Shown here: one piece after another, positions 11,916 to 24,760 of the stretch | Numbering within the stretch: position 1 is the first letter of the stretch | Layout of the letters: every line of letters starts with the position of its first letter | Source of the DNA: Schmidtea polychroa | Lineage: Eukaryota | Assembly: GCA_044892525.1 (NCBI GenBank) | Contig: CM097885.1 | Location: 42,162,001 to 42,226,000, forward strand | Direction: 5' to 3' | Length of the DNA: 64,000 nt | Translations under genes and position numbers: made by a program | The notes under the pieces: generated by a model | Told to the model about the DNA's origin: nothing | The model's input: only the letters and a program-made list of their open reading frames with translations | Databases searched by the model: none

Positions 11916-13049
11916 GTCTAATGGGCTAATATCTGAGAAAATTCAACCATGATGATTCATTTTTAAAATTAACATCATTAGTTGCATTGATACAAGAATC
12001 AACAGCAAATGTTTCGTCGATTATGGTTATTATCATCAACAATAACTTCGTCGATAATTGGACCATTGGCAATAGGTTCGTCGTTATTAATAGGTTCTTT
12101 GGTAACAGGATTATCAATAATATTAGATGTATCAATAATATTATCAATATAATCAAGGAATGATTCAGAGTTGTTGGGTATTTTATACAAGTCTGTTTCA
12201 CTATCTGGCTTCTTTGTGTCCTTTAATCAAATCGAATAACCAAACACAATAATATTTATTCAAAATTATCAGTTACACTCTTTTGATTACACCCTTTAAA
12301 GAAACAATCACACTTTAAACAACTGTTTTGCTCTGCACACTTTTCAATTATAATCTGAACCTTGCGCAAGGATTAATCTTCCAACGGGAGGTGTCCCTTT
12401 CTGGTACGCTTGATTCGAAAATATTTAATTATCACTAAGTTAAACTCTTCTTTGTTTCCTTTCGCTAGACTATCCCTTATGAGAAGTCCCACTTCACAGT
12501 AGTTTTATCTTGTTTGGCAGATAGATCTAAGCTTCCACCTGTAATTAATTTTGAAAGGAAGACTGCTTAAGAGCAAGAAAATTCTCAGTGGTGTTCCTAC
12601 TCGTGTTCACCCAAAAGGCTGGATAGATGAAAATGTTTGGAATAAAGGACAATTGGATAAAGTGTCATATAATTAGTGTCATCATTCAGCACTTTTAATC
12701 CAAGGAACCAGGAGCTTATCAGGCTTCGATTATAGGGCCAGGAATGCAATGCTTGTCGAACTGCCGGATCAAAACCATAGCGACCCTTAAAATAAAATAA
12801 AGGAACTCCAGAAAACTGTCGAAGTGAAACCTACAAAACATGAAAAATTCAAGAAGTTACCAAAAAGAAAAAGATAAACATCAAATAAAAACAAAATTAA
12901 CAATAAAGATTAATTAAAAAATAAAACCGCAAGAAGTTGCATTTCGTGAATAAAATATTTGATGATTAATAATATTTCACTTTTGATTTTAATCTATTTC
13001 ATGAATTATGAATTATAAATATTTTTGAGTCATCTCATAAATTATTAAG

Positions 13050-13640
13050 CCACGTGATGACCGGCAGTAGTGTGGTAGGCAAAAACCCTAATCGAGGAGT
13101 CACCATGTATCCTGAAGGTTGCCCTGGTGACCTCAACAAATGGTGTAAAAGTGGACCAAACGAGCATGGATTAGTTGTATGATACTAGAGTCGTCTAAGC
13201 CCTGATGCACACTGATATTACAGGCTAGTCTGCAGATGGTACATCAAAAGGTCAGAATGGAACATGGTTACGAATCCGGAAGTGCAAGTGTGGATGACCT
13301 TGACGCATGAGGTCCTGACGCTTACCTTGGTGACTCAAAGCCGGTAGTCATTCGTAGTTTTGTCAAAAGGTGTTTACGCATTGAAATTCTACTAAAGTTG
13401 CTGTGTCGCGAGTCTAGCAGGAGCTCTGGCTAAGGGTTAGGTAGCCTTAAAAAATTGAGCGCAATCACATGTATAGTATCAGCAATAATCCTGTTTCGGG
13501 TAGTAAACAGAACCAAATTGAGATTCATCTAGCACGGAACGTGTGTAATGCCATGATTCGAACGACGTTAACAATAGAGACCAAATAGAGAGGACCAGAT
13601 AAATACAGTAGCATTGACTAAAATTGATATCCTAATTGAC
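13050..13640 (+). mobile_element. Possible 5' UTR and start of a degenerate RTE-like LINE
   Basis: GC-richer island ending in degenerate IHLARNV...IDIL, reminiscent of the start of an AP-endonuclease (ATWNV...IDIL). Weak. Confidence 0.25.
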
Positions 13641-15003
13641 AAAATTTCCAATAACTCATGTGAATGGAGAAAAAAACCTTACCGTTTGTTAATCATCTAC
13701 CAACACTAGCAATGTCATCGTGTAGTTGATAGTCACGAGAAATTTCATGAATCATAGCCCGTAAATCCACAGTATGGTTTTCAACGTTCCATCAGTCACC
13801 TGTGACCAATTCTTCAAAGAATCTGCGTCTACTGTTCTCCCCATGCTACTTAAATCCGTTCTTGACTCAGTTAAAAAATCGAAAGCCTACGAAGACCAGG
13901 AAGCTCAGGCGGAAGAGACCAAAGACGCAACTCCAGTTGCCTAAGACTGCCTTGGTTTTCTATCATCATTGTAAATCGACCATCAACTAAGCTTTTCAAG
14001 TTCAACGTCGACATCGACGAAGAAGAACGAGTTTTTATTATAAGGAGTGTAAAATAATTAGATAAAGGTGTATAATTAATATAATATTAGGGGTCTTATT
14101 TTTACTACACTGTGTTTGTGAATTCAGTTATTAATATAATCCCTTATGGGTTGTAAGAATTAGATTATTTGTTAAAGTGAGACCACATTGGATGATCACC
14201 GTTTTATGATTAAGACATTCTATCATCCGTTCATATTTTATGAATGAACATGGTGAGCAGTCCGAGATAGCTTGCTCATCTGTCCATGAACAGTGACCAG
14301 TGTCATGAGTGTGTAGGTGGTCGTAGCAACAACCATGCTTGACAATCTTGATGACTTGAACACCAAGTTACACGGTATCAACTTCAATTGTGACGGGTGT
14401 AATTTGGTCGAAATCGTGTTTTGATTCAAACCATATCAAAAATTATATCAATAACCGCAGCTTTACACTTGCCATTCACTGATTTTCCATTTAATTATGT
14501 ATTCATTATTAACTTTGTTTTTATTACATTTCCTCTTGTTTTCCACTTTATCCGCGACTTAACTTCTACTTCGCTGTCATTTGGTATTTTATTCAATTTT
14601 TATTTTAAAATAATTTTTCTAACTCGGACGACGTTGTGGCTCAATTATGTTTTATTTCTGAAACACCAGAATCTCATTTCAAAGATATTTTGGACGAAGA
14701 ATGTATAAAACCCAAGGATTGCATTAATATAAACATTACCATATTTTCAGCATAAAACCCGTGTGTTATACCCGCACAGTTTCCAGTCTGTCATATTTAT
14801 GCCACATATTTCAAATTTTTACACAGATTATTCTGTGAAAGAGCCTTTTAAAAGAACTACTTTTATTCCATTTATTGATAAAATATTGAATGTTTTTGAT
14901 TGTTTAATTTTTCAATAACATAAAATTTCTTAAAAACAATTTCAATCTCAACATTATTTAAGGGTTTGTTTAAATATATTACAAAAGTGATTGTTTTAAA
15001 TAG

Positions 15004-17841
15004 ATGGATGATTTAGTCAATAATTATCAATCTGACGAAGAAACTCATGACATTAATCAAGTAAGGAAAAGCGAAGAAATAAAAAAATCTAAGAAAAAGA
15101 AAGAGAAAAAAGAAAAAAAATCAAAAAAAGAGAAGAAAGAAAAGAAGAAACATAGAAAACGAAGGTCTCTTTAATAATTATATATCAAATTTAAGTTAAA
15201 ATTTTAGGCATGAAAATTCTATTGATGAAAACAATGAAGTAGAGTTTAAAAAATTAAGACGAGGAAAAGAATCTTTCCCCGATATCGAAGATTTTGAAAT
15301 AGAAAAGAAAATTCCATTTAATGATCAGTCTAAGCAAAATAATGAAAATGCAGTTTTTAAAACACCTAACGCTGTTTCAAAACCTACACAGATCCCTTTG
15401 TCTGTAGAAGAAGTCTTAGCTACTAAACAGGCCGAAGAAGAAGCTGTAAAAAAGCCTAAATTTATTTCAAAAGCTGAGCGAGAAGCTCTTGCTATTCAAA
15501 GAAGAGAAGAAAAAGTTAAAGAGCTTAGGAAAAAAGCATTATGTGAAAAAACTCTTCAAAATAGATATATTGAAGAAGGTAATTTATTACAAATTTTTGA
15601 TCTAATAGTAAAATATTAATGAAATATTTTATTTTTTCCAGCAATTAATAAATATTAAATTATTTAACATATCTAGCTAATAGATAATAAAGTAAATTAA
15701 AAAAGAACGTACTTTGTCTATTTCGATTTTAAACTAATATTGATGCTGAGTATCGATATATGCATTTTGGAAATTTAGAAATCTGGTTTCTCTAATTAAA
15801 AAATATCATAATTAAGTGAATTTTTGATCGGATTTTATTCTTAATAAAGAGAAATTTCTTTTATTGTAAAAATATACTAGTTTAAATATTTTAAAATTAT
15901 TTCACTTGAAGTTAATTAAATATTTAATTTGTAAATTTAGGTAAAATGAAAAGTCGGGATGGCGATAGAAGGTCGAGACGAAGTCATGGTGACGGAAGGA
16001 GCGGTGATAAATCTGTGGAACAGAATGAAGAGGACAAAAAACGGGAAGAAGAAGCAATTAAAGAACGTTATTTAGGACAAAAGAGATTGACTAAACGTAG
16101 GCAGCGTCGGTTAAATGAACGCAAATTTGTTTTTGCTTGGGATGAAGGGGAAGATACAAGTGCTGATTATAATCCGCTGTACAAAAAGAAACATGAGGCC
16201 CAATTTTTCGGAAGAGGTCATATTGGTGGTATCGATATCAATGCACAGAAAAAGGCACTAGGTCAGTTTTATACAAAAATGATGTCCGATAGACGATCTG
16301 ATGGACAGAAAGATCAAGAAGCTAAAAGATTGAAAAACATATCTAATCGCGAAGCCAAAGTTAAATGGGATGAACGGCCATGGACTGAAAAGCATTTGGA
16401 TGAGATGACCAATAGAGATTGGCGTATTTTCCGTGAAGATTTCAGTATTACAACGAAAGGTGGAAACATTCCAAACTCGATTAGATGCTGGGAAGAAGCC
16501 GGATTATCGGATAAGCTTCTCGATGTGATAATCAATAAAGCCAAATACAAAGAACCGACTCCCATTCAAAGACAAGCAATTCCAATAGGATTACAGAACA
16601 GAGACATTATTGGTGTAGCTGAAACTGGATCTGGTAAAACAGCGGCCTTCCTGATACCGCTGTTGTCGTGGATCGAAAAATTACCGCGATTGCAAAAGAT
16701 GGAACAAAATGAGCTGGGTCCTTACGCTATAATCCTTGTACCGACTCGTGATTTGGCTATTCAAATTCTCGAAGAAACCATGAAATTCGGCCAACCTCTT
16801 GGAATCAAAGCCGTAACAATTATCGGAGGCAACAGTCGAGAGGAACAGGTTTTCCAGTTGCGTTTAGGTGCTGAGATAGTGATTGCAACTCCCGGGCGAC
16901 TGGTGGATGTATTGGAAAACCGATATATCGTTCTTAATCAATGCACCTATGTTATCATGGATGAGGTCGACAGAATGATCGATATGAATTTTGAGGCGGA
17001 TGTGAGAAAGATTCTATCGTATTTGCCCGAGGCTACCGAGAAACCCGATACCGATGATGCTGAAGACACTGAGAAACTGTTGCAAAATTTCCATACAACA
17101 CAAAAGTACAGACAAACTGTCATGTTTACCGCTACAATGCAACCGTCTGTGGAACGGCTAGCTAGAACATTTTTACGTCGCCCGGCAACGGTTTATATCG
17201 GCTCTATCGGCAAGCCAACGGAACGCACTAAACAAGTGATCTACATGCTGACTGAAAATCAAAAACGTGACAAGCTGCGAGAAATTATGAGCAGGAACTT
17301 TGTTCCGCCAATTATTATCTTTGTCAATCAAAAGAAAGGAGCCGATGTGTTGGCAAAGGGTCTCGAGAAAATGAATTTGAAAGCTATCAGTTTCCATGGA
17401 GGAAAGGGCCAGGAACACAGAGAATATGCAATGGCTGCCCTCAAATCCAAGGAGAAAGATATTTTAGTTGCTACCAATTTAGCTGGTCGCGGTATCGATA
17501 TCAAGGATGTTTCGCTCGTCCTTAATTACGACATGCCGAAGACCATTGACGGTTTGTTAATTATCATTCGTATTTGGATATTTATCGTAATGCTCTATTC
17601 TGTTATTCTAGAATATATTCATCGGGTCGGTAGAACTGGTCGTGCTGGCAAGGAAGGTCTGGCAATCAGTTTCGTTACAAAGGACGATTCGCCTCTGTTT
17701 TATGACTTAAAAGAGCTCTTGAAAGAATCTCCGCTCAGTGAAATTCCCAATGAACTTTTGAGTCATCCCGATGCACAGCAGAAATATGGAACATTTACAT
17801 CGAAAAAGCGAAGAAATGAAGAAACTCTGTACATAGCTTAA
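15004..17841 (+). CDS. DDX23: U5 snRNP DEAD-box RNA helicase Prp28/DDX23; exons 15004-15164, 15208-15578, 15941-17551, 17612-17841
   Basis: [64 protein letters not shown]. Three GT-AG introns (43, 362, 60 nt) join in consistent phase. AATAAA follows the stop. Confidence 0.95.
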
Positions 17842-18209
17842 TATATCGTTCAATAAAATATTCATATCAAACTCCAGTTTTTATTATATAATTGATAATA
17901 AAATCCCTTATATAGACTCGAAATATATGAAAGGAAATTTAATGTCTTACTTATAATTTGTCAGTAATGAGTTATTTACATAATAATTAATGTTCCACTT
18001 GTTCAATGGAAATTATTTCGAAACTCAGAAGAAATATATATATATATATATGTGCATATTTTTTAGAAGTTGAAGCGCTTGGTGATTCCAAAATAAGAGG
18101 GTCGAAATAAAAGGTCAACTTAAACAGGTTAATGTGATAAAATATAAAAACAAAAATTTCTAATTTCAAACATTTAATGTAGAATTTACTTACTAGACTT
18201 TTTTGATTA

Positions 18210-18761
18210 CCGTATTTCCCCGAAAATAAGACACTGTCTTACTTCAAATTTTCAGAAAAAAAGCTACCTAGGGCTTATTTTCGGGTCATATTTTTCAGTC
18301 AAAAAAAATTATTTTTTTCGGGCATAACAACCTTATGACGTAAAATCGAAAGAAAGTGCCAGGGATAAATAAAAAAAAATATAAATTTTATAACAATATG
18401 CTAAAATGCAAATGCCCGAGCAATTCAATATGTTCGAACCTAAACTACACGTGAAGGAGGTGTATGTAAGACATCTGAACAGAACATGTATTAAAATACC
18501 TAAAAACCCATGTAAAACCGACACATGTGATTTTAAAATTATGGTCATGATCATTGGATTGGGGATTGAATAACTAACAGATTTGCCAGTATTTGACACT
18601 TTAAAGCATATATTTATGGCTAATTTGAATTAAAATTACTATTTTTTTCGTTTTGTAAATAAGTAAACAGATCTTTCAAGGTAGGTCTTATATTTTTTGT
18701 GGGCGAGTAATTCATGCTAGGTCTTATTTTCGAGGTAGGTCTTATTATAGGGGAAATACAG
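18210..18761. mobile_element. Tc1/mariner-superfamily (pogo-like) MITE
   Basis: TIRs CCGTATTTCCCCGAAAATAAGAC / GTCTTATTATAGGGGAAATACAG, TA on both sides, subterminal GTCTTATTTT repeats. Confidence 0.8.
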
Positions 18762-18924
18762 TACATACAAAAATTTCAGTTTAATTACAGCATTTATAGA
18801 AGAAACTTAAATTAATTCGGGTACAAGAGTAATAATTAAATATGATATGATTATTATAGTTCAGTTTCCTTTTTAAATAATTCAAGTACGGATTGACAGT
18901 AGATTTTAAAAGATTCCTCTAACC

Positions 18925-19345
18925 CATCTATTCTCAAACTATGGGTCGTGGAAATTTCCCAGGTGGGTCGCAAGGATGCTATTTGTAAAAAAAATGAAAC
19001 AAACTACGTCACAAACTTTTTAATCTGCTACAAACAAAACGAACTAGTCAGCAATATGCAAGCTCACCCATCTCATTAATATGCTAAATTTATTCGAGAA
19101 TGCAACTGTGTTTTTTAAATTTATTCTTTTATTTCGAATAATTAATTGTAATAATTATCTTTAAGAATTAAGGGTTTGTTAACAAAATTTTGAAAGAATT
19201 AAAATACGTTTAATGGGAAAATATTTTAGTCGGAGTTGGTAAATATAAAGTTGATTGAAAAAGAAGGAAAAAATTTTGTATTGGGTCACCAAGTTTCTGG
19301 TTTATGGTTAGTGGGTCCCTATTTAAAACAGTTTGAGGACCCCTG
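18925..19345. mobile_element. hAT (Buster-type) MITE
   Basis: 8-bp target duplication CTCTAACC at 18917-18924 and 19346-19353. Imperfect TIRs CATCTATTCTCAAACT / AGTTTGAGGACCCCTG. Confidence 0.8.
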
Positions 19346-21019
19346 CTCTAACCCATTTAAAATTTTTTAATTATAAACCAGTTGTTTCGATAATTGAGAA
19401 GACAGGTAATAGCAGTGAAGTTAATGCTTTCTACGACTTGTTGGGGTTATCAGTGAAATTTTAAATTTTCACAGAATCCGTTTTGCTGCATCTCTAACGA
19501 TATCTCTCTGGTGGAGTTGGGTCTCCAGTTCCCGGATTCGCAATTTGAAGACTTTAATCTCCGTTTGATCATCGGTGTCCTCTATTTCGCCAGCGGGATA
19601 TCTTGTTCGATCTGCCGAGGTGTGCAACTACTAGGCCAATGTCGGAGATGGCTTCGATGCGGGCCATACAGGCAGGATTCATCCTCGCCTCCTGCTTAAG
19701 TAGTATCGTGAGATTTTCTCCGTTCTTCTTTCTTGTGGTTCTGACAACCTCTGGGAAACAGCTGGGCTCGATAAGATAGCCGTCGTTCCACGAGTGAATT
19801 TTATGCCATATTCAGTCGTCTCAAGGCCTGAAAATGAAATTCGATTGTGGGGGTTCCTGCGTTTCCTCCCGCTCCCGTTTTGATTCCGATAACGGCCTAT
19901 AGAGGATGGGCTGGCTTCATAGCTACCACCTTGGACCTTTTGATTCGACATTTCTAGAATATACTTATTGGTGAAGGTGTTATCGCATAATTTCGTGAAA
20001 TTTTTTACTCTCCACTCTCCACTCTCCACTCGATACACTCTATTTTAGTAATTAATGCTCGTGTAGCTACTCTTTACGATCATTAAGTCTAACTCGGATT
20101 TTGACTACTTATCGTAATTTCACTTGGAATATATTTTAGGAATATCCAAATTTTGATATCTTTTTCTAAACTTCGGCCAGTAATCGTATTAAATTTCGGA
20201 GAACTAGGTATTTAACGAATCGGCTTATTAGTTCGCTTACTACTACTATCTACGTTGAATTTTCGATGAATTTATTAATATTAATAACATATAGTAGACT
20301 TCAATAATGGAATAAGTGATATTAATAGCACGCAGTAAACTGAGTAAATGTGAGGATGATAATGAAATCAATAAAATGACGTGTAATAAACGAAAATTAA
20401 TGAAAAAAATAATATTCTTAACATGGTAACAAACCTAAAACTGCCGGGATAATAATGACAAATAAATTGAAATTATCGATTTACAAGAGCAATAATGGGT
20501 ACACAATAAAAAATATATTGATAAACTGTATGAAGATGGTACTAATAATGATCTATCTGATAAAGTAACAATATTAAGGTCGATATAAGATTTAAGGTAA
20601 TGATTATTTAATAATTATTTAGTATGAACTTCGGTAATAATAAGGTAGGTCTTATAAATTTACTACAAAATTTTGACGATTTAATATAGTTGTTCTTATT
20701 TCTTCTTGGTTATATCTGAGTAGGTTTTGTGCAATACTTCTTTTCGTGTTTAATTTATTTTTTATTTGGATGTTTGATATTTTGTTTTTGACTTTTTGTA
20801 CTGTTTATTATGCTATATTATTTGCTCTACTTGATGCTGGGTATGTGTGTTATGTACAGACACACTCCGTGACAATCCTAACTTTGGATCTAAAAATCAG
20901 TTTTAGGCCACAAAACAAAAAAGGACATTAAAAAATATAAATAATTATCCAAAACAAACAAGAATAATATGAAAAACATAATTTTGTATTTCATTATCTA
21001 GTTCGAAATACTAAATCTT

Positions 21020-22204
21020 TTAAATTGCTTTATAATCAAGTTTTGATTCTAATTTTTTACTGTCTGCTACTTTTCTTACAGCCTTTACGAAATCTTCATT
21101 TATTACAAACATACGTTCACTTCGCATCGCAAACATTCCAGCTTCGGTACAGAGATTTCTCAAATCTGCACCATTGAATCCTTCTGAGAGCTTCACTATG
21201 AAATCAAAATCAAACTCTCCATGTTTTGATAATTTTGAACTGTGAATATTGAGGATATCTAATCTTGCTACTTCATTTGGGAGAGAAATCTCAATTTTTC
21301 TATCAATTCTTCCTGGTCTTATAAGTGCAGGATCAAGAATGTCTGGTCGATTGGTTGCCATTATAATTTTTACTTTACCGAGAGTATCGAATCCATCCAT
21401 TTGATTCAAAAGTTCCATCAGTGTTCTTTGAATTTCTCTATCCGAACTATTTCCATCACTAAATCGTTTGCCACCTATTGCATCAATCTCATCCATGAAG
21501 ATAACACAAGGTTCGTGAGATTTTGCATATGCAAACATTTCTCTCACAATTCTGGCACTTTCTCCAATATATTTGTCAACGATGCCACTTGATACGACTT
21601 TCACAAAGTTGCAGTCAAGTTGTTTAGCCACTGCTCGAGCTAACAAAGTTTTTCCTGTTCCGGGTGGACCGTAGAGTAGACACCCTTTGGGCGGTTTAAT
21701 TCCAACTCGTTCAAAGATTTCTGGGTTTTTAAGTGGCAGTTCAATAATTTCTCTTAATTGTCGTATTTGTTCACTTAGGCCACCAATTGACTCATAATTG
21801 ACATTTCCAGGATCTTCTGTTGTCATTTTGTATACTTTTTCGTTAACTTCTCTTGGTAGAACTCTCATTATTGTCAGTGTATTCATATCTAATGTTACTC
21901 TTGCCTTTTCTTTTAATTTAGAGTTAGATATAGCCGTCCGACATCCAACGATAAATCGTGATCCTTCACAAATCTTAACAACAAATTTTTCATCTGTAAT
22001 TTTTTTGAGAATTTCTGCAACAAGATTACCAACTGTTTGAAAAGCATTGCTTTGATTTTCATACTTTTCATGCTCTTTATTTGCGTCTCGCAATTTTAAT
22101 CTTAAATTTTTGGATTCAGTTTCAACTTGAGAATGTCTGATCACTTTTTGTTTCCATTGGTCTATTAAATATATATTGCTTCTAACTGTGTTTGATGAGT
22201 TCAT
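21020..22204 (-). CDS. PSMC6: 26S proteasome AAA ATPase Rpt4 (subunit 10B), intronless
   Basis: 394 aa. [42 protein letters not shown]-terminus [10 protein letters not shown] typical of Rpt4. Confidence 0.95.
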   Translation of the reverse strand: MNSSNTVRSNIYLIDQWKQKVIRHSQVETESKNLRLKLRDANKEHEKYENQSNAFQTVGNLVAEILKKITDEKFVVKICEGSRFIVGCRTAISNSKLKEKARVTLDMNTLTIMRVLPREVNEKVYKMTTEDPGNVNYESIGGLSEQIRQLREIIELPLKNPEIFERVGIKPPKGCLLYGPPGTGKTLLARAVAKQLDCNFVKVVSSGIVDKYIGESARIVREMFAYAKSHEPCVIFMDEIDAIGGKRFSDGNSSDREIQRTLMELLNQMDGFDTLGKVKIIMATNRPDILDPALIRPGRIDRKIEISLPNEVARLDILNIHSSKLSKHGEFDFDFIVKLSEGFNGADLRNLCTEAGMFAMRSERMFVINEDFVKAVRKVADSKKLESKLDYKAI

Positions 22205-23040
22205 TTTCTATACTTGATAATTTGGATAAATGATAAATTCGGTTCATTCATTCAATCTGGTATTAAATTTAATTTATCAACCAATCATTTTTAGTTTAAA
22301 TAAATAAATATTATTTAATTATTTTATCTTATATTTTATTTTTTAAATTTATTTTATATAATATAACTTAAAGTAGTTCATTGAAAATTTAAATCTCATT
22401 TCTAATATTTAAAATTTTTAGAAAGTAAAAGAGTATTGAAATGCAACACTACAGAACATACATTTTTATATAACTGGTATAATATGAAATCTTAAATATT
22501 ATTCAAATATAATTCAAAATATTATTTGAAATTTTCTTGATTAAAAATTTTAAAATATTAGTTATTAAAAATTTAATAATAATTAAAAATTAAAATAATA
22601 ATTAAAAAAAAATTCACTTGAAAAAGACAGTGCCGAAAATTCGTGAATATCAAAAACATCGAAAGATTTTCTGATTCATAGTCAAGTTTTTTAATAAATA
22701 CGTCAATGGAAAAGAAATCAGTGGTGAAATTTTAAAAAAAGTTCTTATAATATTATAATTAAAAATAAGTATAAATAAGTATAAATAATTATAAATAATT
22801 ATAATTTAAAATATAAAATAAAAATTTTAATATTTATTTATAATTTAAAAACCTTTGTTAATTAAAATTAATACAAAATAATACAAAATAATAATACAAA
22901 ATAAAATTAAGTAAAATATTATTCAAAATAATTAGTAATTAATGTGAGATAAATCTAACAATTTATTTATCCTTAATTTAAATATGTATACTAAATTTAT
23001 AATATTATATATTAAATAGTATTTGTGTGATTGTTGTATA

Positions 23041-23294
23041 TCTCAGAAGGATTCAATGGTGCAGATTTGAGAAATCTCTGTACCGAAGCCGGAATGTTTG
23101 CGATGTGAAGTGAACATATGTTTGTAATAAATGAAGATTTCGTAAAGGCTGTAAGAAAAGTAGCAGACAGTAAAAAATTAGAGTCAAAACTTGATTATAA
23201 AGCAATTTAAAAGATTTAGTATTTCGAACTAGATAATGAAATACAAAATTATGTTTTTCATATTATTCTTGTTTGTTTTGGATAATTATTTATT
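23041..23294 (+). pseudogene. Inverted partial duplicate of the PSMC6 3' end and 3' UTR
   Basis: Reverse complement of ~20937-21189. I count 4 substitutions in the coding part, one of them CGA>TGA. Confidence 0.95.
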
Positions 23295-24760
23295 TTTATA
23301 TTCTTTAATTGATATAAATAACATAAAATAAATTAAAATTATTTTCAATTTTAGAATTATAAAATATTTTAAATAAAGAACAAAATTAATAAAATTTCTC
23401 CATATTTTTTATAAAGACTGTGTTGAGTTGTTTGAATTAATAAAATTGATTAAAATTTGCTTATACCATTTGTTTATAAGTTTTCTAATTTTCTAGATCT
23501 CGTTTCGATGATCACATTAATAAAAGATACACCTGTATTAAAGAAAATATCGAAAACGAAGCATTGTTAATTCTTCAGAACTAAGATCGGAATAGGATTT
23601 TTGTTATTTATTTCATTTAACATCGTTATAGGCTTCAAATCGTAAGTTTTATTTCCATTTTTTAAATAAAATTTGGTTTATTGGTTATTAATAACGTTTA
23701 ATAATACTGTAAAATTAATTGACTACCATATTAAATGACACTAATTGTATATATTTGAATACCATATTAAATGAATACGATATTAAATGACACTAACAAT
23801 ATTTATTTTTTACAAACTGCCAATAATAACACTAAAAATTAATTGGCTACTAATTATGATTGAATACCATATTAAATGACACTAACAATATTAATTTTTT
23901 TCAAAATATCAATTGGATATCATATATGGTATATTTACAAATTAATAATTCAAAATATTTAAAAATTCATATTTAAACCAAATTATAAAAGTTATTAAAG
24001 ATCTCAAAGAGGTTGTCTCTAAGTCGTCTTGTTCCTACTTTTATTCGTTTGTTAGCGTGTTTCCAATACTGCTATGTTCGTGTAAGGATATTGGCCATGA
24101 ATTTGAGTGCAATGCCCAAATATAGGAATGACTACCCGTTATCTTCCTTCTCAAGTTCTTGATCACTGTAGATTGAGGTGATTGAATACTGAGCACAATG
24201 AGGGTAAAAGAGTAGTATGTATGCAATGAATAATGTTTCTGTATCTCAAATTTAAATTCGATTGTATAATCCGATTGTTCTTAATCTTAAAATTAAGGAA
24301 TGAAAGGTCACTTTGATTACTTCACTTGAATATGATTAGTTCAATTTATTTTTCCTTTTCCACTGTTGGTTACCTAGGGAAAAGAAAAATATTCACGTGC
24401 TCAGATAGAATGACCTAGATAACCTTCATGACTTATCAATTATATCCCCTGATGTGTACCCGTGGTGATGTAACAGGTTGGTGTTGCACACATAGATCGG
24501 AACCTACCAGCAGGTGAGCTATCATGGTAGAACTACTTCCGGTAGAATTCGCAGTTTGGGTCCACTAGTGCCATAAAAGGACTTACCTCGTTTCATTTAC
24601 ACCAACCGGCGTCCTGGTCCAAGGGAAGTCTTTCTATAACTAAACCTCTTGATCATATCAATTCCCATGAACTTCAACCATAAATTCAAACAATCAAGCA
24701 TAACTCTATAAATTCAACGTCAATAAATTTTATTGAGTGACATCAAAATATACATTAGAT

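Noticed and set aside
11926..12220. Asn/Asp/Ile-rich minus-strand ORFs
   Set aside because: Short, low complexity, no start context or domain.
13190..13240. Hammerhead-like CTGATG core in the LINE-like island
   Set aside because: The core is CTGATGC rather than CTGATGA, and no matching GAAA with flanking stems could be built.
17552..17611. Transmembrane helix in DDX23 as shown in the ORF track
   Set aside because: It is an in-frame GT-AG intron whose removal restores the conserved motif.
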